Positions 18,128 to 28,011 of a DNA stretch of 64,000 nt are shown here, one piece after another (position 1 is the first letter of the stretch; the number at the start of each line of letters is the position of its first letter). The stretch is from an uncultured virus (IMG/VR IMGVR_UViG_3300037258_000725). Taxonomy: Duplodnaviria > Heunggongvirae > Uroviricota > Caudoviricetes. The stretch lies in the IMG/VR virus record IMGVR_UViG_3300037258_000725. One strand, 5' to 3'. Position numbers and translations under genes: made by a program. The notes under the pieces are model-generated. The model was not told where the DNA came from and did no database searches. It saw nothing but the letters and a program-made list of their open reading frames with translations.

Positions 18128-18648
18128 CGCTCACCTTCACCCCGGCTGGGCATGACGAAGGCCCCGCCAGATCGTCACCCAGCAGGGCCCTCATCCACCC
18201 ACACCCAAGTGCGCAACCCAGTCAGTGTGTGCCGACCGTGTAGAGCACGGTGTATCGGGCACCCACCCGAGAGCGCCCGACTTCTGCATGGTAGCCCACG
18301 GGTCCACGCTGGCACCACTGAACAGGAGGCACTCCAGTAAATTCAGAGCCCTTTCCATGGCTGGTTTAAGCGGTTTATCTCACCCCGTGGCCTGATTACG
18401 CTACGTTATGGCTGAATTGCCACAGGGGCAAAAACTTCCTGTAAACCATCCCCAGGTCAAGGGCGTCATACAGGCGCGGGCCCGGAATCAATAAAGCCGT
18501 GACAGGTTTGTGACCTGTGGGAACTGCATAAATGCTCGAAATGCAGTTACCGAGAGTGCTAAGTTGCTTCCGGACTGCGACTGAGGTACCCAGTCACTTT
18601 CCGTGTTCGCCTGGGGGTCCAGGCACCACACCCAAGGAGGAAACTCAA

Positions 18649-19341
18649 GTGCGTTATCTCGCTCGGATTGCGGCTGGTGCAGCCGTGGCCGTGCTGTCCC
18701 TGTTTGGGGTCAGTGCTGCCGGTGCTAGCACCACGCTCGCGCATCCGAACTCCACGGCCCAGTGTGTGAGCACTGGCGGCCCGTGCATCGACGGCTACAG
18801 CCAGCTTTACGGCAACCAGAACGTCATCAACGGCGCGAACTCAGGCAAGGTCACGCTGCGGCTCAACTCAAACGGGTTCAGCAATGAGGATGTCGTGCTC
18901 GACTGGTTCGGCACCGTCCGCCAGGCCGTGCACGATGGCCTGCTCACCAAGAACTCCTATGCCAACGTGAACTACCCGAACTTCTTCGCCGGGGAGCTTG
19001 AGTTCTCCCCATTCGGCCGGGCCAGCCACAAGTGCATCGGCCTGCCCGGGCCAGCCACCGCTGGCCAGAAGGTCATCAAGGTGCCATGCGGCACGGTCAA
19101 CACCACCATCTGGGTCTGGGATCACAGCCACGGCACGGGTGGCAACTGCCTGACCGGGCACGGCATCATCACTGGTGTCTACTGCCCCCTGATCAACGCT
19201 TCGGACCAGAACTTCTCGACTCCGCAGGCGCTGACCACCTTCGGCCCGAACACCCAGCTTCAGGTTCGGCCCGAGAACAACAACGGCCAAGAGACCACCC
19301 CTGAGCAGCAGTGGTCTTTCCGGGTCAACTCCACCTTCTGA
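18649..19341 (+). CDS. Secreted protein, possible ricin-type beta-trefoil
   Basis: AAGGAGG RBS, signal peptide, 'KCIG...C...W', terminal 'QQW'. Confidence 0.6.
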   Translation: MRYLARIAAGAAVAVLSLFGVSAAGASTTLAHPNSTAQCVSTGGPCIDGYSQLYGNQNVINGANSGKVTLRLNSNGFSNEDVVLDWFGTVRQAVHDGLLTKNSYANVNYPNFFAGELEFSPFGRASHKCIGLPGPATAGQKVIKVPCGTVNTTIWVWDHSHGTGGNCLTGHGIITGVYCPLINASDQNFSTPQALTTFGPNTQLQVRPENNNGQETTPEQQWSFRVNSTF

Positions 19342-19423
19342 CCGTTCGCTCTGCACCCCCGGAGCTCTCCACTCAGGTGGAGGCCCCGGGGGTGCGGGCA
19401 TTAATGGGAAGGAACTCATACCA

Positions 19424-20170
19424 ATGAGACACAGGACCATTGCCTCACTGGCCGCCTCAGCCCTGGTACTCCTGGGGACCCTGGCTGGCCTGGGCACTTT
19501 CCTGGCCCCGGCCTCCCAGGCCAAGGTGGTGACCGCCACGGCCTCCACCAAGATCACCAACCGGCCTGATGGCGGCAACCATGACAACGCCACCCAAGGC
19601 AAAAACCAGACCTGGGCCAATGACAACTTCACCCGCACCGCCACGGTCACCCTGATTGGCGAGGTGGCCCGCTCGCACTGCCCGGTGACTGGCACCGGCC
19701 ACTGCTACCTGTGGGACGCCAGGATCACCGACAAGGGCACCTTCACCACGAACCCGACCACGGACAGCGGATCGAGCTCACCGCGGGCAGGCAAGCCCCT
19801 GGACACCCCCGCGCAGACTGGGGCCTTCAGCGGCGGCAGCCAGGATGTCCAGTTCTACTCGTCCTGGAAGACGCCCACCACCAGCACTGTGCCCAAGACG
19901 GAGAACGACGGGGGCCTGTTCCCCTCGGGCAAGAAGACCACCACGAACTGGGTGGAGCAATTCTTCGGCTCCGGGGCCCTGTTCTACTCTGCGGCCAACT
20001 CAGACGGGCCCGACCTGGGGGACTGGTCATGGACCTACACCCTTGGTTTCGGCACCAACACGGCCTGCCCGAACGATGCCTACCAGTGGGTGGATGCGGC
20101 GGCCAACAATGCTGGGCAGGACATCACGGCAGGTGACATCCTGACCCCCAGCGCTGCGGACTGCACCTGA
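19424..20170 (+). CDS. Secreted Thr/Gly-rich protein
   Basis: Signal peptide ending ASQA; paired cysteines. Confidence 0.65.
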   Translation: MRHRTIASLAASALVLLGTLAGLGTFLAPASQAKVVTATASTKITNRPDGGNHDNATQGKNQTWANDNFTRTATVTLIGEVARSHCPVTGTGHCYLWDARITDKGTFTTNPTTDSGSSSPRAGKPLDTPAQTGAFSGGSQDVQFYSSWKTPTTSTVPKTENDGGLFPSGKKTTTNWVEQFFGSGALFYSAANSDGPDLGDWSWTYTLGFGTNTACPNDAYQWVDAAANNAGQDITAGDILTPSAADCT

Positions 20171-20189
20171 CCCACAGGTGCCACATGCC

Positions 20190-20230
20190 CCCCTGGGTGC
20201 CTGCTAAGTCCCGTGGCAGGCACCCAGGGG
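20190..20230. terminator. Hairpin between convergent genes
   Basis: CCCCTGGGTGCCTGC...GCAGGCACCCAGGGG. Confidence 0.55.
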
Positions 20231-20249
20231 CTTTGCACTGCCTGTCCGC

Positions 20250-20324
20250 CTCGGAGAGCTCCTCTCCGCGAGCATTGCTGGGGCGTTTCAGGTGGTAGTC
20301 GGAGATCAATGCCTCTCCGCGAGC
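20250..20324 (-). CRISPR. Mini-array: 2 repeats, 24-nt spacer
   Basis: Units 20250-20273 and 20298-20324 with CGGAGA/TCTCCG stem and GCTCG leader. Confidence 0.75.
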
Positions 20325-20346
20325 GCTGTTCCCAGCCTTCCTGAGC

Positions 20347-20562
20347 TTATCCCCGGCGTGGCCACATCTTCCTCCAGGTGCTCACCACATCTGCCCACAG
20401 AATGGCCCTGGCCTCATCCCAGGAGGCACCAGCGGACATCATGACGGTGAGGACCGTGGTCACGAACACGGCTGCCACGATCACGACCAGGCTCACCGCG
20501 GTCAGGCCAACCAGCAGGAGATAGCGACCAGGCCCCGCGTTCACATGGCCCAGACCGCCCAT
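20347..20562 (-). CDS. Small membrane protein
   Basis: Long hydrophobic segment; start uncertain. Confidence 0.45.
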   Translation of the reverse strand: MGGLGHVNAGPGRYLLLVGLTAVSLVVIVAAVFVTTVLTVMMSAGASWDEARAILWADVVSTWRKMWPRRG

Positions 20563-20696
20563 ATCCGGAGCGTAACTCCATATGCAGAGAAGGCAAGAGG
20601 CCCGGGTCAACGGCGGCCTTCCCGGGCCTCTTGCTTTAGCACCCCGCTTTAAAGGTGGTGGAGGTGGCGGGGTGACTACGCCATCGTAACAGGCAC

Positions 20697-21308
20697 TCAG
20701 ACTGCTTCCCAGCGCCAGCCATTCTTATTCTCGCACCTGATCGTCTTGCCATCACCAGCCACGCCAGTCACGCCATGGTCAGCCCCTGGGCAGAACTCAC
20801 CAGGCTCATAGCACTTCCCGGTTGAGGTCTTCGGGTGGCATGACCCTGACGTGCCCGTTGGGCCTGGTGACGGGGAGGCTGCCCACTTCTGGTAGGTAAC
20901 CCAGGCCTTGATGTGAAGCATGGCCAGGGTGTTGTGGGCATTGGCATTAGCGGATATGAGGCAGTCATCTGGGCGGCTGAAGCCCTGGGGGAGTGAGTGA
21001 TTCACGGGCGTCCTGGCCGTGTAGGTGGCTGACCTGTCCGCGCTGCCAGAGCCCTTCGAGCAGAGCACGTCCCAGATGACATCAACCTTCTGGCGGGGTG
21101 TGGCCCGGACATGAAGGACGATGCTGACTGGGTGCCTGGGGTCGGCCTGCACCGAGCACCCCGCGAGCTCGCCAGATGCTGAGCATGATCCCACCTGGTA
21201 AACCTTGGCGGCTGATGCCCGGGCAGCAGTGAATGCGGCCACGGAGGCCAGGACCATCACCAGGCTGATGGCGGCAGCAACCGGCCGCCACGTTCCGTTA
21301 TGAGTCAT
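20697..21308 (-). CDS. Secreted protein with C-terminal Cys-rich module
   Basis: Signal peptide; 'CHP.T..G.CYEPGEFC...C....GWRW'. Confidence 0.65.
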   Translation of the reverse strand: MTHNGTWRPVAAAISLVMVLASVAAFTAARASAAKVYQVGSCSASGELAGCSVQADPRHPVSIVLHVRATPRQKVDVIWDVLCSKGSGSADRSATYTARTPVNHSLPQGFSRPDDCLISANANAHNTLAMLHIKAWVTYQKWAASPSPGPTGTSGSCHPKTSTGKCYEPGEFCPGADHGVTGVAGDGKTIRCENKNGWRWEAV

Positions 21309-21379
21309 GTGCCGAGCGTAACGTACCTGGAAATTCGGCACCATTGAGTTAGGGTTATGACTGGAGGAGGGATTGGCCT

Positions 21380-21595
21380 GTGAAATTTGTGAAAACCCTG
21401 TTCAGTTGGGTCGGGCTTGGTATAGCTCTCTACATTCTGGTGGGGGTTTTCTTTAATACCGCCTCGCCCCATTTGCCCACTACGCCCGGAAGTCTGGGGT
21501 CTTTGCATTCCTGGGTTCAGTACGCGATCTCAGTCATCTTCTGGCCGCTGTCCCTGTGGACCCCCAACTTCACCGTGGGGAAGTGGACCCCCTAG
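21380..21595 (+). CDS. Small membrane protein
   Basis: GGAGG RBS; 2 TM segments. Confidence 0.55.
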   Translation: MKFVKTLFSWVGLGIALYILVGVFFNTASPHLPTTPGSLGSLHSWVQYAISVIFWPLSLWTPNFTVGKWTP

Positions 21596-21649
21596 CAGAA
21601 CGTCACCAGTCATGTGCTGAGCGTGATCACGGCGGGTAGCCTTGCCTGA

Positions 21650-22309
21650 GTGGCTGAGGACTCCCATCATCTCCGTGACAAAGCACCTGCCATCATCGCC
21701 TCATCCCTGGCCGCCGTGACCGTAGCCTGGGTCTCGAGTTTTTTCGGGGTCTCTGGCACCCTCATCGGCATCGCGGGTGGCAGTGCCCTGTCTGGAGTCT
21801 CAGCCTCCCTGTACGAGCGCTGGCTCAGGCACTCCCGCACCGCCGTAGCCCGCCGCAGGAAAGCCCAGCACCTCCGGGACCCATGGGAGCACTACTACCG
21901 GCCAGCCAAAGCCCTCCAGCGCAAAGACATCCCCTGGAGGCGTGCGGGGGTGTTCGCTGCGGTGTTCCTGGCCCTGTCGGCCGGGTCCATCACCGTGGCT
22001 GAGGCCATTGCCCACAAGCCTGTGGCCGCCATCGTCACAAACTCCAGCGGCAGTGGGTGCTCTTTGTGCGGGGGGACGGTGCGGCGGCCACCAGCCCAGC
22101 CCACCATTCAGCCGGTGACGCCACCAGCCACGGTGATGCCGGTGATCACCGTCACACCATCCCCGTCGCTGTCGCCCAGCCCTACAGTGTCGCCTTCTGG
22201 GAGTTCGGTGACGGTGACGCCAACTCCCTCTGTGAGTCCGTCCCCATCGCCCACGGTGACACCTGCACCTCTGCCGAGCTATCCGGGGCCGGGGTCCAGC
22301 CACGCTTGA
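21650..22309 (+). CDS. Membrane protein with Pro/Ser/Thr-rich tail
   Basis: 'SSFFGVSGTLIG' actinobacterial membrane motif; SPSPT repeats. Confidence 0.65.
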   Translation: MAEDSHHLRDKAPAIIASSLAAVTVAWVSSFFGVSGTLIGIAGGSALSGVSASLYERWLRHSRTAVARRRKAQHLRDPWEHYYRPAKALQRKDIPWRRAGVFAAVFLALSAGSITVAEAIAHKPVAAIVTNSSGSGCSLCGGTVRRPPAQPTIQPVTPPATVMPVITVTPSPSLSPSPTVSPSGSSVTVTPTPSVSPSPSPTVTPAPLPSYPGPGSSHA

Positions 22310-23054
22310 GGAGCTCCTCCCGCATGGCCTTGCTGGCATCCCGCCAGCCCATGGCGTACTGCACCGCGGCCTGGACAACCCGGTCGCTGACCCCATACTT
22401 GGCCGCCACCAGGCCCCTGGGCACGGGGCGTCCCTGGTTGACCATCTGCTGGATCTCCACCAGCATCCTGGGCGGCGCACTCGTCTGCCGGTCCATGTGC
22501 TGGGCTGGCCGGTCCGGAACGGCCGGGGCCAGGAGGGCGATGCTCTCCTCCCTCCAGCCCAGCACATGGGCCCGCAAGGTCTTGGCGGCATCGGGGCCAT
22601 GCATCCCGGCCAGGGTGTCCACCACTTCCTTGATCTCCATGAGGAGGGCCTCCCACCTGCCCAGCCAGACCTCATCACCAGCCCGGAGTGCGGCGATGAC
22701 GGCATTGGCATGGCTGGAGGCCCACCGGACCTCACGGAGTTCAGCCAGGGCCGAGAGCAGGATGTCAGCCGGCCGGTCCACCGTGGCCTTGGCCACCGCT
22801 GGAGGGTGGAGCCAGTCACAGGGCTCCAGTGGCGGCTCTTTGTGCTTGATCCGCTTCCTCCGCCCTTCGCTGGGCGGGAGCACGGCATCGAGGTCATTGC
22901 GGACTGTGCCCTCATTGACCATGGGCCGGTAGGCGGCTGCGATCTGGGGGATGGTGTAGCCGGCCCTCCAGCGCTCCAGGCTGGTGCTCTCCCGGAAGGC
23001 CTGCTGTGCGTCACTGGGCTTGAAGCCCCGGCTCAGTTGCCCGTGGACGGTCAC
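22182..23054 (-). CDS. Hypothetical protein with two HTH-like segments
   Basis: 'GYTIPQIAAAY...EGTVRNDL' and 'VAAKYGVSDRVVQ'. Confidence 0.5.
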   Translation of the reverse strand: MTVHGQLSRGFKPSDAQQAFRESTSLERWRAGYTIPQIAAAYRPMVNEGTVRNDLDAVLPPSEGRRKRIKHKEPPLEPCDWLHPPAVAKATVDRPADILLSALAELREVRWASSHANAVIAALRAGDEVWLGRWEALLMEIKEVVDTLAGMHGPDAAKTLRAHVLGWREESIALLAPAVPDRPAQHMDRQTSAPPRMLVEIQQMVNQGRPVPRGLVAAKYGVSDRVVQAAVQYAMGWRDASKAMREELLKRGWTPAPDSSAEVQVSPWAMGTDSQRELASPSPNSQKATL

Positions 23055-24235
23055 GACCAGCGAGCCCTCTTGCTCTCCGACTTGATGCCCTTGTTATAGG
23101 CCTTGACTAGCTGCAACCGCAGGAACTCAGCCGAGCCATTGCGGCCCGGGTCGGCATAGATCACCCAGTCCTCAACCGTCTTGGAGGCCACGTTGAGAGC
23201 GAACCTGGCCGGGTCCATCGGCAGGTCTTCGTTCTGCCCGTAGATATCCGCGATGCCCTTGAGAATCCGGTTGGAGTAGCGGCCCAGGTCATCAGACCCG
23301 GGAGTGGGCCGGAATGCTGCCGCGACGTTCAGGACGTTCTCCAGGTCCCGTGCGCCTTCCTGGGGGTCCTTGGCGGGGTGCTCAGCCCGGGTCAGGGTCG
23401 GGATGCCGATGATGGTGAGGAGCACCTTGGCCGCGGCGATGGCACCTGTCCCGGCCGTGGAGCCGATGTGCAGGCCCTTCTTGCGCAGCAGGGCATCGGC
23501 GGTCACCACGTTGGGGTTGCCCGACCGGACCAGGGCATGCCAGGTCTCGATCCACCTGAACGCACTGCGGGTGGTGGCCATGGTCAGGGCCGTGGCGCTC
23601 TCCTCGACCTGGGTCTCCAGGGGCAGGATCTTGCATAGCTGGTTGAGGTGCGGGACATCCTTCTGCCCGAGGATGGCCCGGTGCTGGCCTTCTACTACCC
23701 GGTAGCCCAGCAGGGGGTAGGTGGTGCCGCCTTCTCCATCCTCCTCGCCCGGGCCATAGACCGGGACGACATCCAGGGCCTCGGTGAGGTTGGGGTCCAG
23801 CTTGGCGTCACGCCGCAGGAGCTTGTGACCCTTCACCATGTCCCGCTGGACTGAGGGGTCAACCAGGAGCTCCTCAAACGTCAGGTAGACGGCTGGCCGG
23901 AGCTCATCATCGGGCGGGAACCACAGGACATGGCCGAGCTCATCGAAGTCCCAGCGGACGCCTTCGGGGCCGATGGTGGCCAGCTTCTGGGTTAGCTGGT
24001 CAACCTCCTTCTCCATGGCCTTCATCTCTGCGGCGGCATGGCGGCCGGTGTTGGAGGGGTCGATTCGCTGGCCGCACCGGGGGCATCCCCAGCCGCCGAT
24101 GACCTCCTCATCACGTTCCCGGGCGGCGGCGCGGCGATTCCTGGGCCTGATGGTGGATGGCTTGGGCCGGGCGGAGCCATCAATGGCTCCATCCTGGGGG
24201 CTGAGTGCGGATACCTGGCCGGACAACTCTGGCAT
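23051..24235 (-). CDS. ParB/Srx-like (DUF6551-like) domain protein
   Basis: 'LLVDPSVQR' and 'VVEGQHR'. Confidence 0.6.
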   Translation of the reverse strand: MPELSGQVSALSPQDGAIDGSARPKPSTIRPRNRRAAARERDEEVIGGWGCPRCGQRIDPSNTGRHAAAEMKAMEKEVDQLTQKLATIGPEGVRWDFDELGHVLWFPPDDELRPAVYLTFEELLVDPSVQRDMVKGHKLLRRDAKLDPNLTEALDVVPVYGPGEEDGEGGTTYPLLGYRVVEGQHRAILGQKDVPHLNQLCKILPLETQVEESATALTMATTRSAFRWIETWHALVRSGNPNVVTADALLRKKGLHIGSTAGTGAIAAAKVLLTIIGIPTLTRAEHPAKDPQEGARDLENVLNVAAAFRPTPGSDDLGRYSNRILKGIADIYGQNEDLPMDPARFALNVASKTVEDWVIYADPGRNGSAEFLRLQLVKAYNKGIKSESKRARWS

Positions 24236-24323
24236 GGGGGGCCTTTCAGGGTGTGGTGGACTTTGCCCTCGTGGTCGCAGCGTAGACGCTACTCCTGAGA
24301 CAAGCTAGCATTTCGCGTTTAGC

Positions 24324-24590
24324 ATGTTCGACATGCCGTTCACCCTCTTGCTTCTGGCTGCCTGGATGGGTGTGTTCATTGGCGGGATTCTCCTCGCAAT
24401 GGCGGTGTTTATCCCATCTGAGCGCTACCTTGGCTGGCCTGGTATCTGGTTCGCCCTGGCTGGCTGGGTACTGGGCACAGTATGGGGCTATCTGGCCAGG
24501 AACTGGGCTGAGCTTGGAGTTTGTGCCGCCTCACCAGTAGTCACAGTGATCACCGTCTGGGTCTGCCAGCGGCGGTCAGCTAGCGGCTAG
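24324..24590 (+). CDS. Small multi-TM protein
   Basis: Three hydrophobic segments. Confidence 0.45.
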   Translation: MFDMPFTLLLLAAWMGVFIGGILLAMAVFIPSERYLGWPGIWFALAGWVLGTVWGYLARNWAELGVCAASPVVTVITVWVCQRRSASG

Positions 24591-24798
24591 TAGCAGGATC
24601 ATGCCGGGGCCGGTAAAACACTGAGCGGCACCCTGGATACTCGCAGGACACTGTTCTGTGGCCTGGCCCACGGGGCCGGGCTTTCCTGGCCGGGCCGCAC
24701 TGGCATGGCAGCCAGCCCACCAGTACTTTGCCTGGGCCCCAGGAGTGTCCATAGGCACACTGGGCCGGGTAAGGCCACCACTCTGGGAGCTCATCCAC
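24580..24798 (-). CDS. Small Zn-binding hypothetical protein
   Basis: 'P.QC..GH...PG.VLVGW.PC.C...GH...C...C'. Confidence 0.5.
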   Translation of the reverse strand: MDELPEWWPYPAQCAYGHSWGPGKVLVGWLPCQCGPARKARPRGPGHRTVSCEYPGCRSVFYRPRHDPATSR

Positions 24799-24881
24799 TG
24801 GAATGCCGCGATATTGGCCACCAGCCAGCCTGAGCGTGTCGCTGGCCAGATACACCTGATCCTGCGGTTACCTTGCCAGCC

Positions 24882-25475
24882 ATGGCACAAGATGTCCCAA
24901 CTATCACCCGCCCAGTTCCCCTGGATGGCCAGTCTGTCACCCTGTGGGACAAGGACCGGGGCGCCGCGTCCGTCATGATCTCCGGGCCCATGGCCAGTGG
25001 CAAGACCACCCTGCTGAACCAGATCCGCCGCCACGTCGTCGCCTGCCCGGATGCCCGGCTGGCCCAGGCCAGTGTTGGCAAGGATGCCCGCGGCGATGAG
25101 GCATGGGATGACTTCTCCGTCCTCGACGGGAACGGCACCCCAGCCGGGGCCCTGGATGCGCTGGCCTCCGTCAGGGACATCATCTATGCCCGGGTGGGCC
25201 TGAGCATCGCCACCCGCACTGGCGGCATCCTGACCCCCGACTATGCGCACCCGCTGTGGGTGCTGGTAGTCGATGGCCTGGAGACCCTGCTCCATGAGGT
25301 CCCTGATGCTGCCGGGCTCCTCCAGTGGATCACCTTCCACGGCCGGGCAGAGGGGGTCTGCCTGATCGGCACCACCCTCCGCGCCATCTCCGCCCGGTCG
25401 GTCATGCGGGACCAGGTGATTATCACGGCATCCCCAGGTGACTTCAGGGTCATCAGGGACCCAGAAGGGCAATAA
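24882..25475 (+). CDS. FtsK-like P-loop NTPase fragment
   Basis: Walker A 'GPMASGKT', Walker B 'VLVVD', 'GRAEGV'. Confidence 0.6.
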   Translation: MAQDVPTITRPVPLDGQSVTLWDKDRGAASVMISGPMASGKTTLLNQIRRHVVACPDARLAQASVGKDARGDEAWDDFSVLDGNGTPAGALDALASVRDIIYARVGLSIATRTGGILTPDYAHPLWVLVVDGLETLLHEVPDAAGLLQWITFHGRAEGVCLIGTTLRAISARSVMRDQVIITASPGDFRVIRDPEGQ

Positions 25476-25479
25476 CCTC

Positions 25480-25881
25480 ATGCTCCACCTCGCTGCCACC
25501 AACGCCGGTTCTGCTCCCTCGTCCTCCAGCCCGGTGGGTGGAATCCTGGCCCTGGTCTTCGTGGCCGGGGTGCTGTTCATCATCTTTGGCGGCCGGGCCA
25601 AGCGTGGCACAGCCACGCCCAGGGATGGCTACGGCTGGTTCGCCTTCCTGGTTGCCGTTGCCGCCATCGCCGCCGTGTGGAACGGGAACTCACCACCCAA
25701 GCCGGCCGCCGTGGCCAGGCCCCACCCTGTGCCCACCAAGACCCAGATCGTGGTCCACACGGTGGTGCAGCACACCTCCTGGTGGCCGATGTCTGGCTGG
25801 GAGACCATGTTCTCCTGCTTTGGGGTCTGTGTGGCCCTGGTTGGCTGTGTCTACTGGTTCCGGCGATTCGCCCACAACTGA
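25480..25881 (+). CDS. Membrane protein
   Basis: Three TM segments. Confidence 0.5.
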   Translation: MLHLAATNAGSAPSSSSPVGGILALVFVAGVLFIIFGGRAKRGTATPRDGYGWFAFLVAVAAIAAVWNGNSPPKPAAVARPHPVPTKTQIVVHTVVQHTSWWPMSGWETMFSCFGVCVALVGCVYWFRRFAHN

Positions 25882-25885
25882 CACA

Positions 25886-25933
25886 CGCCATAGGCACTAT
25901 GGTGTTGCGTAGTCAAATCCGCCGTGTTATCTT
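25886..25933 (+). promoter_or_regulatory. Operator variant plus adjacent promoter
   Basis: CGCCATA-GGCAC-TATGGTG then TTGCGT-17-TATCTT upstream of the long + operon. Confidence 0.5.
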
Positions 25934-25971
25934 GCTTGTGTTAGTGAAACTTTCACGGAGGATCATGCGGC

Positions 25972-26256
25972 ATGGACCGACCTGACCTGAACTCCCTTGA
26001 CCTGGATGGCCTGCGGCAATACGCCGAAGCCGAGGCCCAGCGCCACGGTATGGCCACCATCATCGTGGTCAAGCTGGGGGAGGAGTCGGTCCATGAGTTC
26101 GTGGTCACCAGGGAGGCCCGGGAGCGCTACACCAGGCACGGGGCCGATGAGATAAGTGCGGCCCTGGTTGAGGGCCTCCGCCAGCAAGCGGAGATCAATG
26201 CCCAGGTCGGCCTGTGGCAGGAAGGGGTGAACCGCCGTGGCAAAGAAGGCCCTTGA
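25972..26256 (+). CDS. Hypothetical protein
   Basis: GGAGG RBS; first gene of the + operon. Confidence 0.5.
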   Translation: MDRPDLNSLDLDGLRQYAEAEAQRHGMATIIVVKLGEESVHEFVVTREARERYTRHGADEISAALVEGLRQQAEINAQVGLWQEGVNRRGKEGP

Positions 26257-26833
26257 GCTCCCAGGCCGCCTGCTGGCCGGCCAGATCAAGCCTGGCATGG
26301 GCCAGACCCCAGCGGTTGCCCTGGTCAACCCCAAGTTCGGCCACAATGCAGGCGCGGCCCTCAGGGCCTGTGCCGCCTTTGGTGCCAGGCAGTTGTGGAT
26401 CACTGGAGAGCGGGCCCTGGAGGAATGGCAAGACCGTGGCCGGCTGCCCCGTGAGGAGCGCATGCGGGCCTACGCCAATGTGGATGTGTTCCTGGGTGAC
26501 TACTTCTTCGATGCGTTCACTCCTGATGTGGTGCCCGTGGCCGTGGAGATCCGGCGCTCTGCTGAGATCCTGACCACCTTCGTGCACCCAGGGAGGGCCC
26601 TGTACGTGTTCGGGCCTGAGGATGGCAGCCTGGGCTCAGCCACCCTGCATAAGTGCCACCGGGTGGTGATGATCCCCAGCGACCACTGCCTCAACCTGGC
26701 CACCGCGGTCACCCTGGTCCTGGGCCACCGCCGCATGCAGCGCCAGATGCTGAACCTGGAGCCTCTGTACCCCAGTGACCAGACCCTGGATGAGCAGCGG
26801 GGCTGGCTCGACTGCGATAAGCCGCTGAGGTGA
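26237..26833 (+). CDS. SpoU/TrmH-family SPOUT RNA methyltransferase
   Basis: 'NAGAALRACAAFG', 'VFGPEDGSL', 'IP...CLNLATAV'. Confidence 0.88.
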   Translation: MAKKALELPGRLLAGQIKPGMGQTPAVALVNPKFGHNAGAALRACAAFGARQLWITGERALEEWQDRGRLPREERMRAYANVDVFLGDYFFDAFTPDVVPVAVEIRRSAEILTTFVHPGRALYVFGPEDGSLGSATLHKCHRVVMIPSDHCLNLATAVTLVLGHRRMQRQMLNLEPLYPSDQTLDEQRGWLDCDKPLR

Positions 26834-27372
26834 TGACCATGACCATCCTGACCATCCTCATCGGTGCCGCGGGCTCAGGCAAGTCCACTGTCGCGGCCGA
26901 GGGGTGGAAGCCCACCCAGATCGTGAGCTCAGACAGCATCCGGGCCATGATCTGTGACAACCCCAGTGACCAGAGCGCCAGCAGGGTGGCTTTCAGGCTC
27001 CTCCACATCATCGTCACAGCCCGGCTCCAGCGTGGGCTTGACACCGTGGTCGATGCCACCAGTGCCCACGAAAACGACAGGGCCCAGTTGCTGGACATCG
27101 CCCGGGAGACCGGGATGGGGGTCACGCCCGTGGCCGTAGTGATGCGCACCAGCCTGGAGGAGTGCCTGAGGCGCAACCGGCTGCGGCCTGAGGCTGCCCC
27201 AGGCCAGGCGTATGGCCGCAGGGTGCCAGAGGTGGCCCTGACCCGGCAATTCGACCGGATTCAGCGGGACCTGCCAGGCCTGAAGGCTGAAGGTTTCGCT
27301 GAGGTGATCTTTGTTGATTCCAGGCTGCCCGAGGTGGCCGCTGCTAGTGGAGAGAGGCAACGTCATGGCTGA
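26830..27372 (+). CDS. AAA_33 / polynucleotide-kinase-like kinase
   Basis: 'GAAGSGKST', 'VSSDSIR', 'TVVDAT', 'CLRRN..R...RRVP'. Confidence 0.85.
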   Translation: MMTMTILTILIGAAGSGKSTVAAEGWKPTQIVSSDSIRAMICDNPSDQSASRVAFRLLHIIVTARLQRGLDTVVDATSAHENDRAQLLDIARETGMGVTPVAVVMRTSLEECLRRNRLRPEAAPGQAYGRRVPEVALTRQFDRIQRDLPGLKAEGFAEVIFVDSRLPEVAAASGERQRHG

Positions 27373-27955
27373 TTCCGGCCGATGGGAGCTCCAGACTGCC
27401 GCCGAGGAAACTGAGGCTGGCAGCCCAGGCCACTACCTGGACCACAAGGAGACCCGCGTCCTGTGGGGCCTGTTCTCCAGCAGGCACCACCGCGAGCACA
27501 CTGAACCCGCTCCGGGTGCCACCAGGCGCCAGGTGACGGCCCTCTCGGTTGAGACTGGCAGCCCAGCTACAGCCCTGCCACTGGCCCCGCCATCAGCACC
27601 TGCGCTGCCTGCCCCTGAGCCCCAGGCTGAGCTTGGCGTGCGGCGGTTCGCGGCGGCCCGTGCCATCGCTGGCCCGGCCATGACTGCTGCCAGCTACAGG
27701 GCCTTGCCTGCCGCTGAGGAACTGGAGCGGCCACGGGGCCGTGGGTGGTATCAGCCGCGCACCCAGACGGCCGAGCAGATCAACGCTGAGGTCCAGCACG
27801 CTGCCTGGGTCCGGAGCCAGGTGCTCAAGCACAAGCCGCAGAGCGGCCCCCCGGCTCAGCGCGAACTGGCTGACCCGGCTCGGCGGGCACTGCCTGCCGC
27901 CCGGTCTCAGCCGCCGCTGTCCATCCAGGCCCCTGGCAAACTGCTGGCCGGCTGA
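27365..27955 (+). CDS. Pro/Ala-rich hypothetical protein
   Basis: Overlapping co-directional ORF. Confidence 0.45.
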   Translation: MADSGRWELQTAAEETEAGSPGHYLDHKETRVLWGLFSSRHHREHTEPAPGATRRQVTALSVETGSPATALPLAPPSAPALPAPEPQAELGVRRFAAARAIAGPAMTAASYRALPAAEELERPRGRGWYQPRTQTAEQINAEVQHAAWVRSQVLKHKPQSGPPAQRELADPARRALPAARSQPPLSIQAPGKLLAG

Positions 27956-28011
27956 TGGACCCGAGGAATACCGAGCCTGGGATGCCAAGAAGCAGAGGAG
28001 CTCCGGTAGCC

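Noticed and set aside
21800..23014. Long alternative-frame ORFs (e.g. 21800-23014, 24576-25616, 39130-40218, 51804-52796, 61249-62190) and ORFs spanning tRNAs or arrays
   Set aside because: Shadow ORFs of GC-rich DNA overlapping better-supported genes or RNAs; low-complexity R/P/G translations
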